A stretch of 64,000 bases of DNA from Gammaproteobacteria bacterium (GCA_029253585.1 JAQWZF010000008.1:37980-101979); one strand, 5' to 3'; shown: positions 38,228 through 48,383, counted from the stretch's first letter. Notes: generated by a model from the letters alone, not told the origin. Program-made: numbers and translations.

Positions 38228-41200
38228 ATGAACAATAAATTTCCTAGTAGGCGCAAGGCAATTACCATAGGGGTAATTCTTGCGGGGCTATCCGCTCCAG
38301 TAGTCGCTCAGGACGCAGATATCGAAGAGGTGGTAGTCACGGGTTCTTATATTCGAGGCAGTGCACTTGATGCGCCATCGCCCGTAACCGTAATTGATCG
38401 CGATAGTATTACAGCTCAAGGCGCATCTCAAATCTGGGACGTGATCAGAAACCTGGAGGTTAATCAAGGGTCGGACACTAACGTTCAAGGAGCCAATGCA
38501 GGCGCTGGCTCTCAGAATACAGGAACAGCTGGAGTTAACTTGCGAAACTTGGGTGGCAACTCCACGCTCACTTTAATAAACGGGAAAAGGTCAGTGCCAG
38601 CTGCGGTTGTAACCGCCTCAGGGCAAGAGAGTGTTAACTTAAATTCGATTCCACTCGTGATGACTGAGAGAGTTGAGGTGCTTACTGACGGGGGCTCGGC
38701 TCTCTACGGGGCTGACGCGGTAGCTGGTGTGGTTAACATTATCATGCGTACTGATTTTGAAGGGTTTGAATTGTACGCAGATGCCCAAGGCATCCAAGAA
38801 GCTGGTGGCACCTATGAAAATACCATCAGTGGTATTTGGGGGACTAATTGGAATGATGGAGATACTCGCCTGGTTCTTTCCGGTGAGTATTTTGAGAGAG
38901 ATCCTCAAGCACTCGAGGATTCTCAGTATTATGAAGAAGGTAGGATCATATCTAACAGCCGCGTGGGTGCATTTGCACCCACTAGTCCCCTTGGCGCGAG
39001 TTTTAATTTAGCCTACCTCGATATGGCATTGACGGGGCAGAATAAGGCTGAAAGAGCATCCATCGGAGAGGGCTTCGGAGGCACGCAGGGCTTTGCTTAC
39101 TCTGACCCTAATTGCGAATCGGGCTCAGGTAATTTTGGTTCTTTCTATGTAGACAATACATACTCAGATTTCGCTCGTCAGAGTGGACAATGTTCTGAAA
39201 ATAACCTGGACAATCAGTTCATGACTTATGGCTCGGAGCGCTATAGTATTGCGGGCTCTTTTGAGCACACGTTTTCAGATAATGCTGAATTTTATTCGTT
39301 CTTCAATCACTCAGATTCAGAGGTTACTCGTGAGTGGGATGGGAGATCTTTCTCGCGGACCTTACATGTTTTCTGGTCACCAGCTCAGCTTGGGTCGCTG
39401 GCAACTTTTGTAGGTAACGCGCCAGCAACACCATCCGCCAATAATCCACACCTTACATCTAATGGCGGTTTTGGGCAGGGGTGGTACGGTGGCGGCGTAG
39501 CAACTGGTTGGCCAACTGACAGAACGGAAGGTCTGCCAACGGAACAAAAGGAATCTAATGTGCAGGCAGGCCTTCGTGGCAACTTTGAGGGCTTCGGTAG
39601 AAACCTTGAATTCGACGTTAGCGCTGCTTGGAGTGAATCGAGCATAGAGCAAGAAGTTTCCACTCTAATACGAGATAGGACCGAGCTTGCACTTAATGGG
39701 CTTGGAGGTCCTAACTGCACTCCAAACGGTAACTCCGAGCTTAACTTCATGGCGATTCCAGATTTTGGGCCGCTTGGCGGATTATTTGGTTTGGTGTTTC
39801 CGAACTATGTGCTGAACACTTATGATAATAATGCTCTTGCACTTACCAGTAATAACCACGGTAGGGGTGGTTGTGAGTTCTTTAATCCGTACATAACTTC
39901 GTTGACCGATCCTAATTTGGCGAATAGCCCTGAGTTGATAGATTGGATGTCAACAACGATTAATAGGGCCGATAAGAGGAATCAGCTTTTTGTAGTCGAC
40001 GCCGTTGTTAATGGTGATCTATTTGAAATGGCTGGTGGCACTGCGGCCTTTGCGACTGGCCTCCAGTACAGAAAAAGAAGTGCATCAGGTAGGGCGCCAG
40101 AGATTAACTTGCCTGGAATCAGCCCGATTAAAAGCTACATGTCAGGTCTGCCATTTCCGCAGAGTCTCTTTGCTCCGGTCACCGAGCGTTACTCAGAAAT
40201 AACGAATAACTTGGAATGTGCTAACTGCATTTTCAATTTCGATGATGAAAGATCTATCAGCTCGGTGTTTGCTGAGGTATCGCTACCGTTCGCTGAGAAC
40301 GTGGAGACGCAGTTTGCCCTCAGATACGAGGACTATCAGGATATTGGCAGCGCGCTTTCACCAAAGGCTGCTATCAGCTGGCGTCCAGTCGAGGAACTCT
40401 TGCTTCGTGCATCTTGGTCTCAATCCTTTCGAGCACCGAACATTGGTGTAGTAAATCAGGCTTTTGAAGCCAACGGGACTACTATCCAAGACCCACTCAG
40501 AAATCAGAGGGTGAGAGCGGGTTTATTGCCAGCGACTAATGAAAATGCGCAAGGTAACTTTTTCTATACGAAAGGCAGGCCGAATCCTGACCTGGATCCT
40601 GAATACGCAGATACCTTTAACGTTGGTTTTCAGTGGACGCCAAGCGGTAGTCTTGACGGGCTGTCGGTTGGAGCAGATGTCTGGCGATTTGAGGTCTCGG
40701 ATCGAGTATTACCTCAAGTCCCAAGGTCTACCATCGACCCAGAGATAGCGAGGTTCAATTCGGTTGTTGGTGATGAAAATAACTACGTGCTTAACGACAC
40801 TGTTCCGCTTGATTCTAGAGACGCGAGCGGTGGTTACACCTCCTGCTCTCCAAGTACGTTGGCGGCTCAATTTGGCGCAAATTCAGATGAGCGACTAAAT
40901 TGTGTTGTCAATCCAGACCTATACTTTGCAGATGGCGTGCAGAGGCTTTATGGAAGTGCTGATGCTGCGGGCGTAACGCTCGAGTTACCGGCTGTGAATG
41001 CCGGTACTTATGATGTTCAAGGCATTGATCTGAGAGCTGGTTACACTTGGGACAACGACTATGGAACGTTCGCTGTAGGTCTAAACTACACCCACGTGGA
41101 CAGATTTGTTGTTGATATTCCGGGTCTAGACCTCGGTCTTCAAGCTACTGGTGAGATGGATGCGGCTGGCGGTGACGGCGAACAGAATATCGTGAGGCCT

Positions 41201-41557
41201 GTCCCAGACAATAAGGGTACTCTGAACTTCTCTTGGAATCGGGACAATCATCGCGTATCTATCTTTAACCGACACCTCGGTTCTATTAAGGTCTTGAGTC
41301 ATGATGACTTTATGAGTAATCCAAATAGTTCAGAAATTAATAAATCTTATGCTAGGTCTAAGACAGAGAGTTACAGCACTTGGGATGTTCAATATAATTA
41401 CACTCGGGCTTGGGGCGACAGCACCTCGATCTTTACACTTGGTGTAATTGATATGACTAATGAAGATGTGCCTCTGTTCAGAACGGCCTCCTACCATACT
41501 TCTATGTTTGATCCTCGCGGTCGACGCTGGTATGCAAGGGTTCTTTGGCAGTTCTAA
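38228..41557 (+). CDS. TonB-dependent receptor (large, 1109 aa)
   Basis: Signal peptide, then plug region (IEEVVVTGSYIRGS..., NLRNLGGNSTLTLINGKR, ERVEVLTDGGSALYGADAVAGVVNII) and a C-terminal aromatic residue (..VLWQF). Confidence 0.9.
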   Translation: MNNKFPSRRKAITIGVILAGLSAPVVAQDADIEEVVVTGSYIRGSALDAPSPVTVIDRDSITAQGASQIWDVIRNLEVNQGSDTNVQGANAGAGSQNTGTAGVNLRNLGGNSTLTLINGKRSVPAAVVTASGQESVNLNSIPLVMTERVEVLTDGGSALYGADAVAGVVNIIMRTDFEGFELYADAQGIQEAGGTYENTISGIWGTNWNDGDTRLVLSGEYFERDPQALEDSQYYEEGRIISNSRVGAFAPTSPLGASFNLAYLDMALTGQNKAERASIGEGFGGTQGFAYSDPNCESGSGNFGSFYVDNTYSDFARQSGQCSENNLDNQFMTYGSERYSIAGSFEHTFSDNAEFYSFFNHSDSEVTREWDGRSFSRTLHVFWSPAQLGSLATFVGNAPATPSANNPHLTSNGGFGQGWYGGGVATGWPTDRTEGLPTEQKESNVQAGLRGNFEGFGRNLEFDVSAAWSESSIEQEVSTLIRDRTELALNGLGGPNCTPNGNSELNFMAIPDFGPLGGLFGLVFPNYVLNTYDNNALALTSNNHGRGGCEFFNPYITSLTDPNLANSPELIDWMSTTINRADKRNQLFVVDAVVNGDLFEMAGGTAAFATGLQYRKRSASGRAPEINLPGISPIKSYMSGLPFPQSLFAPVTERYSEITNNLECANCIFNFDDERSISSVFAEVSLPFAENVETQFALRYEDYQDIGSALSPKAAISWRPVEELLLRASWSQSFRAPNIGVVNQAFEANGTTIQDPLRNQRVRAGLLPATNENAQGNFFYTKGRPNPDLDPEYADTFNVGFQWTPSGSLDGLSVGADVWRFEVSDRVLPQVPRSTIDPEIARFNSVVGDENNYVLNDTVPLDSRDASGGYTSCSPSTLAAQFGANSDERLNCVVNPDLYFADGVQRLYGSADAAGVTLELPAVNAGTYDVQGIDLRAGYTWDNDYGTFAVGLNYTHVDRFVVDIPGLDLGLQATGEMDAAGGDGEQNIVRPVPDNKGTLNFSWNRDNHRVSIFNRHLGSIKVLSHDDFMSNPNSSEINKSYARSKTESYSTWDVQYNYTRAWGDSTSIFTLGVIDMTNEDVPLFRTASYHTSMFDPRGRRWYARVLWQF

Positions 41558-41572
41558 TACTCTTGGATTATT

Positions 41573-41606
41573 AAAAAAGGCGGTGAGAAATCACCGCCTT
41601 TTTTTG
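41573..41606 (+). terminator. Rho-independent terminator
   Basis: GGCGGTGA-GAAA-TCACCGCC followed by T7. Confidence 0.85.
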
Positions 41607-41952
41607 TTAAGAAAAATCTTAGGCCATCCGTCGTCACAGTCCTTGCCGTGCTAACAGATTATGAGGACATTGGTAACGTCATTTTTGTTGGCTTCGAAGA
41701 GACATTCAATGCCGGGCGCCAGCACTCACTAGTAGCGAAGACCGTTCCCCAGTGTCTGCGGATGACCGCCAGAACCGAAGGTAACAAGGTGATGGCGGTT
41801 CAGTATACTAGCCTGCCCATACATGCGGTGCTGTCTTACCCGGAGTCGATCGAAAGTCTGCAGGACTCGGCTGGACACAACCTAATACGTAACGTTGTTA
41901 AAACTGGTAGCTCGGGGGTAATTCGATAAAGCCGGCTTCCTAGAGAGCTGAC

Positions 41953-42996
41953 CTACAGCTTATCTTCGAACCATAGTGCTAGCCGGCGGCCGGCGAGTGC
42001 CAACCGCAGGCGCGTATGAACCTTCATCGCATCGACGTAGCTCTCGCTCAGAGTGAATTCACGCAGGCGCCCAGTAGAGCTATCGAATCGAGCTATAGCA
42101 ATTTTCATCTGCTGTGTGTAAACGGTATTGAGTAGCAGGGCGCGACTCTCCTGCATCCACACAGACCAGTCAGCGCCGTCTTGTTGATTCATGTTGGCTA
42201 GAGTTGCCGAGTGTTGCATCAGCAAAGTCTCGAGTGCGGTATTAACACTCTCGCTGCGCAGTGCCCTATCCCAGCGGGCATGAAGATTTCCGCTATCGGT
42301 CTGAATGCCATTGCCACCACGATCGCCGCTGGCGAATCGGTTCTTGCTGTACAGCGACCCCACGTGCAGGGGCTGATGAATATCGCCTACCAAGTGCAAG
42401 ACCCAGCATAATGCAACCGCTCGTTGTGACATTGTCGCATCGGTATTTCCCAGCAGGGCAGTATTGTAGTCCAGTGCTGTCATCACATTGTCTGCGTTGG
42501 ATTCGGCTCGAATCGTAGCTGCACTGGATCCCAATATGTCGTCGAAGGGGGCGACGGCGATGTAGGTATTGCCTTGAATCGTTGATTCGCCGCGCAGCCA
42601 GGCGCCATCGATATAGTGCCAGTTAGCTCGATTGTATTTGTCTCTCTCTGAACCTGGTAACCCGCGTGTCATATCAGGCCAGATGGCAGCCTGGCCCAGT
42701 AACCATTCGAACTGATTGGCGTCATTCCCGCGGGCAATCGAGGCCGGCATCTGTTCGAGAAAGTCTTTCTCATAACGCGGATGCTGCAGAAGTATACGAG
42801 TCAACTCATTCCTGACGGAATCACTTAGGTAGTGGTTGGCAACGGCGGCGCTGAGTCTGTGGCCTACGGAGTCCCAAGCCAATGCATTTTTTGCAAGCAG
42901 GCAGCTTACAAAGAGTAGGCTGTATACGAGTCGTGGTTTGAATGTGCCTGGCATTGTATTCAATGGGTAGTTTCCCGAAATGTCTGTGCGTAGCAA
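41953..42996 (-). CDS. S1/P1-family nuclease, exported
   Basis: After a hydrophobic leader, the mature N-terminus is W-D-SVGHRLSAAVA (S1/P1 enzymes start W-G..GH). Also HLVGDIHQPLH and NWHY motifs. Confidence 0.8.
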   Translation of the reverse strand: MLRTDISGNYPLNTMPGTFKPRLVYSLLFVSCLLAKNALAWDSVGHRLSAAVANHYLSDSVRNELTRILLQHPRYEKDFLEQMPASIARGNDANQFEWLLGQAAIWPDMTRGLPGSERDKYNRANWHYIDGAWLRGESTIQGNTYIAVAPFDDILGSSAATIRAESNADNVMTALDYNTALLGNTDATMSQRAVALCWVLHLVGDIHQPLHVGSLYSKNRFASGDRGGNGIQTDSGNLHARWDRALRSESVNTALETLLMQHSATLANMNQQDGADWSVWMQESRALLLNTVYTQQMKIAIARFDSSTGRLREFTLSESYVDAMKVHTRLRLALAGRRLALWFEDKL

Positions 42997-43005
42997 TCGT
43001 GCACT

Positions 43006-43197
43006 CTACTGTTTTTTCGTGAAATAGGAGTGCCCCAAATAGAGTTCGATCATTAAGAAAATCAGGATAAAAGTTACTGCGCGTATTATGCCGATAACGG
43101 GAGAAATAGCTAAGAATTGTGAGGTCAGTGAGGAGCCTGCCAACTCGGTGTACTGCACAATCAGGGTGGACATCGCGTAGTATCTGGCTACAAACAT
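43006..43197 (-). CDS. Small hydrophobic ORF, possibly the 3' part of a disrupted gene
   Basis: 63 aa with 2 hydrophobic segments. A 52-codon ORF (43386 down to about 43228; MDQLFSSFELAELLIGVTQQ...) lies just upstream in another frame. Confidence 0.25.
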   Translation of the reverse strand: MFVARYYAMSTLIVQYTELAGSSLTSQFLAISPVIGIIRAVTFILIFLMIELYLGHSYFTKKQ

Positions 43198-43518
43198 TAT
43201 CGAGACATGAAGGAGAGGTTTCCTACCTAAAGGCTTATCGGAAGGTTGAAGTGATCTCTGCCTATATAGACGCTAATCACCACAGCAAAGAATGCCGACA
43301 TCCAGTGATTGAATAAGGAGTCCGTCTGCTGTGTCACGCCGATGAGCAGTTCGGCGAGTTCAAACGAAGAAAATAATTGATCCATAATTTCCTGCTTGGC
43401 AAAATTGGTTGTTGTGTAGAGAGAGTATCTGTTATGAACAGAAAATATCGTTATGTATAAAAAGCAATGTTATGCATAGACTCGGTCAGAATCAGACCTT
43501 TGATTCCTGGCGCGCTGC

Positions 43519-44025
43519 TCAGTTCAATGGGCCTAGCGGAGAAGCCGCGCAGTTCGGTCGCTGAATGGTCCACATCGCGTGACTAATTTTCCACTCATCA
43601 TCAGTCTTAATTAGGTTCAGTACGTCGATACCGCAATGGGAGAATTCGCCGTTGACATGAAAATCGTAGGGCGCCCAGAATACGGCGAATGCATTCGATA
43701 TAAGTAATTGCTCGTCCCAATAGCGTTCGGTGAGCTGACTGTCTGCACTGACATTATCACTTTCGAACCAGCTTCTTTGCAGGAATTCATATTCCCCGGA
43801 GGTGTCTTCCCTAATGTTAAGAATCTGGGCTCCTTCCAATTCAAGGCCAGCTAACAGTTCACCGTTGCCCGTATTAATACTCTCAAAGAAGTGGTCTATT
43901 ACCTGCTTTACGGCAGGGTACTCTAGATGGGACTGCTGGGCGTTGCTGGTTAGAGATGTGACTAGCAATAAGCTGGCGGCTAGTATTCTGCCAGCGGTTT
44001 TTAGAATAAGTTTGTAATTTTTCAT
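43519..44025 (-). CDS. Exported NTF2-like (SnoaL/DUF4440-like) protein
   Basis: Signal peptide. About 140-aa mature domain with a pattern (VIDHFFESINTGNGELL...W.....H) reminiscent of the NTF2 fold. Confidence 0.55.
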   Translation of the reverse strand: MKNYKLILKTAGRILAASLLLVTSLTSNAQQSHLEYPAVKQVIDHFFESINTGNGELLAGLELEGAQILNIREDTSGEYEFLQRSWFESDNVSADSQLTERYWDEQLLISNAFAVFWAPYDFHVNGEFSHCGIDVLNLIKTDDEWKISHAMWTIQRPNCAASPLGPLN

Positions 44026-44107
44026 CCCATCATCCTGCTATTTTTGAAATACTATTGGCAAAAGACACTTTTTATCCAGAAGTCGATGTGTTGGAACAGT
44101 TAACACT

Positions 44108-44485
44108 CTAAGCTACTGGCGCGTTATGTGTCGACCGCGATATTCTTTTTTTTCTCTGTCCCAAACTAATTAATGCATCAACATATTCTGTGAAGCTAGC
44201 GTCCAGGGCGAATGGTTGAGTTTGCCACCAGGCTAATACACCGGGCCGGCTTATATAGAATTTAATATTATGTTCAATAGAATTCCAGAAACCCGAATCT
44301 AGGCGGCCTTGTTTGTGCATGGTGCAGTGCTGATTAAAATCACAGAATATGGCTACCATTAATGAGCCAAATTGCCATCTCTCATCGGTGTTGAGTTGCT
44401 GCGTGTCTTCGCAGCCGCGGCGATACAGGTTGGCTATTATCCCGTCGCTGCCAACCAAGCGGCCTATCTCGGTATTGTGTTGCAT
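44108..44485 (-). CDS. Hypothetical protein
   Basis: 125-aa ORF. No motif recognised. Confidence 0.35.
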   Translation of the reverse strand: MQHNTEIGRLVGSDGIIANLYRRGCEDTQQLNTDERWQFGSLMVAIFCDFNQHCTMHKQGRLDSGFWNSIEHNIKFYISRPGVLAWWQTQPFALDASFTEYVDALISLGQRKKRISRSTHNAPVA

Positions 44486-44603
44486 GCTTTACGCTTTCAT
44501 AGTGCTGAGTCTAGCCCGTTATCTGTTGAATTAAAACAGGTATTCCAGAAGGAGGGGCCAGCTTCGGGGTTTTGGATATGCTAGCTGGAGGATGCCGACA
44601 ACC

Positions 44604-44652
44604 TATCAACTTAAGAAACTCAATAGCGGCTAATGTAGCTGTTAAGTTGATA
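44604..44652. terminator. 11-bp perfect inverted repeat downstream of the ABC operon
   Basis: TATCAACTTAA-27 nt-TTAAGTTGATA. The loop is large and there is no U-run, so its role is uncertain. Confidence 0.3.
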
Positions 44653-44692
44653 AGTTGTCAGTGTCTCGTGTTTTTCTGCTTTTGGTATCTAC

Positions 44693-45400
44693 CTAGACTT
44701 CCAGCCATTCGCCGCGCACGTCGTCGGCCTTGAGCAGGCTTTCGGGGGTGCCTTCGTAGACGATCTTGCCGTGGCCCATGACGTAAAGACGCTTGGATAT
44801 CTTCAGTGCGATGGAGAGCTTCTGTTCTACCAGCAAGATGGAGACGCCGCGGTTGGCGATCTCCTGTAGCAATTGAGCCAGTTGCTCGACGATCTTCGGA
44901 GCTAGGCCTTCGGTGGGCTCGTCGATCATGATCATATCGGGGTCGCCCATTAGGGTTCGGCACATACATAACATCTGCTGTTCGCCACCACTGAGTGCGC
45001 CGCCATGAACGTCGCCGCGTTCGGCAAGGTTTGGAAACATACTGAATATCTCTTCTAAGTTCCAGCGACCCTGAGGCTTGTTCGATTTCATGCCGAGAAC
45101 CAGGTTCTGTCGCACCGTCAGTGACGGAAAGATATCTCGATTTTCCGGTACATAGCCCAGACCTAGATGGGCGATCTCGAAACTCTTCTTGCCGGCAATT
45201 TCCTGCCCCTTAAATTCTATAGACCCCTGTGGAGCGACTTCACCCATTATAGTCTTGACCGTTGTCGAACGGCCTACGCCGTTGCGTCCTAACAGACTGA
45301 CTATCTCTCCCTTACCGACGTGAAAGTTCACACCTTGTAAGATGTGGCTCTTTCCGTAGTAGGCGTGAAGGTCGCTGACTTTAAGCACTGGGCACCTCAC
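44693..45400 (-). CDS. ABC transporter ATP-binding protein (LivF-like)
   Basis: Walker A GRNGVGRST, signature LSGGEQQM, Walker B MIMIDEP. Confidence 0.9.
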   Translation of the reverse strand: MRCPVLKVSDLHAYYGKSHILQGVNFHVGKGEIVSLLGRNGVGRSTTVKTIMGEVAPQGSIEFKGQEIAGKKSFEIAHLGLGYVPENRDIFPSLTVRQNLVLGMKSNKPQGRWNLEEIFSMFPNLAERGDVHGGALSGGEQQMLCMCRTLMGDPDMIMIDEPTEGLAPKIVEQLAQLLQEIANRGVSILLVEQKLSIALKISKRLYVMGHGKIVYEGTPESLLKADDVRGEWLEV

Positions 45401-46130
45401 CGAGATAGGCTTCCTGCACCTTGGGGTTGGCGCGAATATTTTCGGGTTTGTCGGTGGCGATGATTTCTCCGTAGACGAGTACAGAGATGCGATCGGCTAC
45501 GTCGAATACAATATTCATATCGTGCTCGACCATGACCAGGGTCTTGCCTTCGGTAATATTGCGAATGAGTTGCACTGAGCTCTCGGCCTCGCTATGACTC
45601 ATGCCTGCTACCGGCTCGTCTAACATGATCAGCTCGGCACCGCTGGCGATAGCGATGCCCAGCTCTAATGCTCTTTGCTGTGCGTAGCCCAATTCTCCCG
45701 AAGGGAGCAGGGCCTTATCTTTGAGGCCTATCTGTTCCAATACATCCATGGCCTTATCATTTAATTCCCTTTGGCGTCCTAATAGATGCCAGAACGAATA
45801 GCGGTAGCCCTTAGACCAGAGAAGGGCGCAACGCACATTCTCGAACACATTCATGCGCGGGAAGATATTGGTAACCTGAAAGCTGCGTGCCAGGCCCATT
45901 CTCGCGATCTCATAGGGTGGCAGGTTCTCTATCTGGTCTTGCTTGAAGCGGATGTTGCCGGAAGTCAGCTGATAACGGCCACTAATAAGATGGAACAGGG
46001 TCGATTTTCCGGCGCCGTTCGGTCCAATGATCGCGTGTTTCTCTCCCTCGACTATGTCCAGGGAGACACCGCGTATGATCTGGGTTTCACCAAAATTTTT
46101 CTGCACATTGGTTAGGGAGAGTATGGTCAT
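45381..46130 (-). CDS. ABC transporter ATP-binding protein (LivG-like)
   Basis: Walker A GPNGAGKST, Walker B LIMLDEP and the LivG-type C-terminal extension (NPKVQEAYLG). Confidence 0.9.
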   Translation of the reverse strand: MTILSLTNVQKNFGETQIIRGVSLDIVEGEKHAIIGPNGAGKSTLFHLISGRYQLTSGNIRFKQDQIENLPPYEIARMGLARSFQVTNIFPRMNVFENVRCALLWSKGYRYSFWHLLGRQRELNDKAMDVLEQIGLKDKALLPSGELGYAQQRALELGIAIASGAELIMLDEPVAGMSHSEAESSVQLIRNITEGKTLVMVEHDMNIVFDVADRISVLVYGEIIATDKPENIRANPKVQEAYLGEVPSA

Positions 46131-46132
46131 TT

Positions 46133-47368
46133 CTAGGTCTGCTCATCTTTGGAGATTGCGTTCGCAGTCTCCCATGCCTCATTGAGCTGGCCTAGCGATT
46201 TTCTGGTCGCAAAGAAGGTGCAGCCGAAAAGTGCCAACGCTACCACCCATGTGACTGAGCTTGATGTATTCAAGGCCATGCCGAGGAAGTGAAATATTTC
46301 ATCTTCGGTATGGCTCATCTCAATCAATAAGATTGCGGTTAGGGTAAACAGAATCGCAGGAACACCCGTGATAATGTAGGGCTTAATCAACAGCGTCAAA
46401 GTGCCGCGAACCCATGCCACCTGATGCATCATGATGAGCCCGGCAAAGCCCCTGGGTAGAAACATAACCGTTAGCAAGAACATGATGCCCAAATAGAGCA
46501 TCCACAGTTCTGAATAATTACTGAGTAGAGAGTTCATCAGTGTAAGAATCACCGCGCCGATTATCGGGCCGATGAAATAGCCCAGGCCACCGATGTATGC
46601 CATCAGCAATACGCGACCCGAAGTCGCTGCGTTCAGATTTTCCTCGGTGATGAACTCGTAGTTGAGGGCAAACAGTCCGCCGGCAATGCCAGCGAACAGG
46701 CCCGACGCGCAGAACGAAATGAAGCGCACTTTACGTGCGCTGTAGCCGATAAACTCGGCGCGTTCGGGATTGTCACGAACGGCATTCGCCATGCGCCCGG
46801 CAGGTGTTTGCGTGAACAGATACATGAACAGGGTGGCGAGAAAGACCCAGAATGTAGCAACGTAGTAGATGTCTATGTTCTGGGTGAAGTCGACGCCGAA
46901 GAACGTGGGGCCAAAGGTGCGATCGCCACTGATGCCAGCCTCGCCGCCGAAGAAGCTGGAGAAGATGAGTGACGAGGCGGCGATGAGTTCGCCTATGCCT
47001 AGTGAGATCATCGCGAATACGGTGCCGGCCTTGCGTGTGGAGAAGCTGCCGATAAAGAGTCCGGCGAGAAGTCCAAACAGCCCTCCAATCAACGGTATCC
47101 ATAGTATGGAAAATACCATGGTCTCGAACTCGATGAGTATCAGGGCGTGTACCGACAGAAACCCTCCCAGCCCGAAGTAGACCGCATGGCCAAAAGACAG
47201 CATGCCGCCCTGGCCTAGCAACATGTTGTAGCTGAGGGCGAAGACTATCGCTATCGCCATCTGATTCAGGATGGAGATGGCTAGTATGGTATCGAATATC
47301 TGCGGCATCCCGAGGAGTGCGACGGCGAAGGCAATCCAGATTGCTGATTTCTTAAGCATCGCCATCAT
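46133..47368 (-). CDS. Branched-chain-amino-acid-type ABC permease (LivM-like)
   Basis: 411-aa polytopic protein. Contains GQGGMLSFGHAVYFGLGGF, typical of LivM-family permeases. Confidence 0.85.
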   Translation of the reverse strand: MMAMLKKSAIWIAFAVALLGMPQIFDTILAISILNQMAIAIVFALSYNMLLGQGGMLSFGHAVYFGLGGFLSVHALILIEFETMVFSILWIPLIGGLFGLLAGLFIGSFSTRKAGTVFAMISLGIGELIAASSLIFSSFFGGEAGISGDRTFGPTFFGVDFTQNIDIYYVATFWVFLATLFMYLFTQTPAGRMANAVRDNPERAEFIGYSARKVRFISFCASGLFAGIAGGLFALNYEFITEENLNAATSGRVLLMAYIGGLGYFIGPIIGAVILTLMNSLLSNYSELWMLYLGIMFLLTVMFLPRGFAGLIMMHQVAWVRGTLTLLIKPYIITGVPAILFTLTAILLIEMSHTEDEIFHFLGMALNTSSSVTWVVALALFGCTFFATRKSLGQLNEAWETANAISKDEQT

Positions 47369-48315
47369 TCTTCTCGCTTGCCTAATAAACCTGTGGGCCG
47401 GAATATCAGCACCAGGACCAAGAGCAGAAACGGTAATACCGGTGCAATCTGCGGCAGGTTTATTGTCCAGAGGTCGTTCAGTGGATGGTCTCTGGCGAAT
47501 GAGATGCCGAGCAAGTTAAGTAAATCAGGCATGCCCACATCGGAGGCGATGGCATAGGATTGCAGCAGGCCGATCATTAATGATGCGATGAACGCGCCGG
47601 CGAGTGAGCCCAGGCCACCGATGACGACGATTACAAACACGATACTACCTAACACCGTCGCCATACCTGGGAATGTCGTAAGCACTGGTCCGGCGATTAC
47701 GCCAGCCAATCCGGCGAGTGCTGTCCCGACGCCGAATACGCCCATGAATATCAGCGGCACATTGTGGCCGAGATTGGCGACCGTCTGTGGATGTGTGATG
47801 GCGGCCTGAATGATGATGCCGACACGGCTCTTGGTCAGTACGTAGTAAAGGGCGATAAAGATGCCGATAGAGATCGTCATCATGAAACCGCGATAGGCAG
47901 AAAATTCCTGCCCGAACAATGTGAACAGAGGGAAGTCCAGAAGGTCTGGCGTCTGATAATTTTTGGTGTCGCGGCCCCAGAAAAATTGCACGGCCTCTTC
48001 GATGAGAAAGGCGAGCCCGAAGGTAAACACGAGTTCCGCTACATGTCCTGACTGGTGAACCCGTCTCAGGCCATAGCGTTCGATGAGGGCGCCAAGCAAG
48101 CCGACTATCAGTGGGGCGAAAATGAGGCCGGTCCAGAAACCGAAGTAGAGGCTAATAGAATAGGCGACGTAGGCACCTAGCATATAGAAGCTGGCGTGGG
48201 CGAAATTCAGAACGCCCATCATGCTGAATATGAGAGTTAGGCCGCTGGCTAACATAAACAATAGAAAGCCGGTAACTAGGCCATTAAGTGTGGCGAAAAT
48301 GAATACTTCTAGCAT
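47365..48315 (-). CDS. Branched-chain-amino-acid-type ABC permease (LivH-like)
   Basis: 316-aa polytopic protein. Contains GVLNFAHASFYMLGAY. 4-nt overlap with the downstream permease. Confidence 0.85.
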   Translation of the reverse strand: MLEVFIFATLNGLVTGFLLFMLASGLTLIFSMMGVLNFAHASFYMLGAYVAYSISLYFGFWTGLIFAPLIVGLLGALIERYGLRRVHQSGHVAELVFTFGLAFLIEEAVQFFWGRDTKNYQTPDLLDFPLFTLFGQEFSAYRGFMMTISIGIFIALYYVLTKSRVGIIIQAAITHPQTVANLGHNVPLIFMGVFGVGTALAGLAGVIAGPVLTTFPGMATVLGSIVFVIVVIGGLGSLAGAFIASLMIGLLQSYAIASDVGMPDLLNLLGISFARDHPLNDLWTINLPQIAPVLPFLLLVLVLIFRPTGLLGKREE

Positions 48316-48383
48316 GCTGGCCTTGGCGCTTACCTGATTTCGTGTGTTTTACAGCACTTTTTTCGTTGTCGGTCTCAGAAATT

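Noticed and set aside
41648-41929. 93-aa + strand ORF after the TBDR terminator
   Set aside because: It has a GTG start without a convincing RBS and no recognisable motif. I cannot support it as a gene, though I cannot exclude it.
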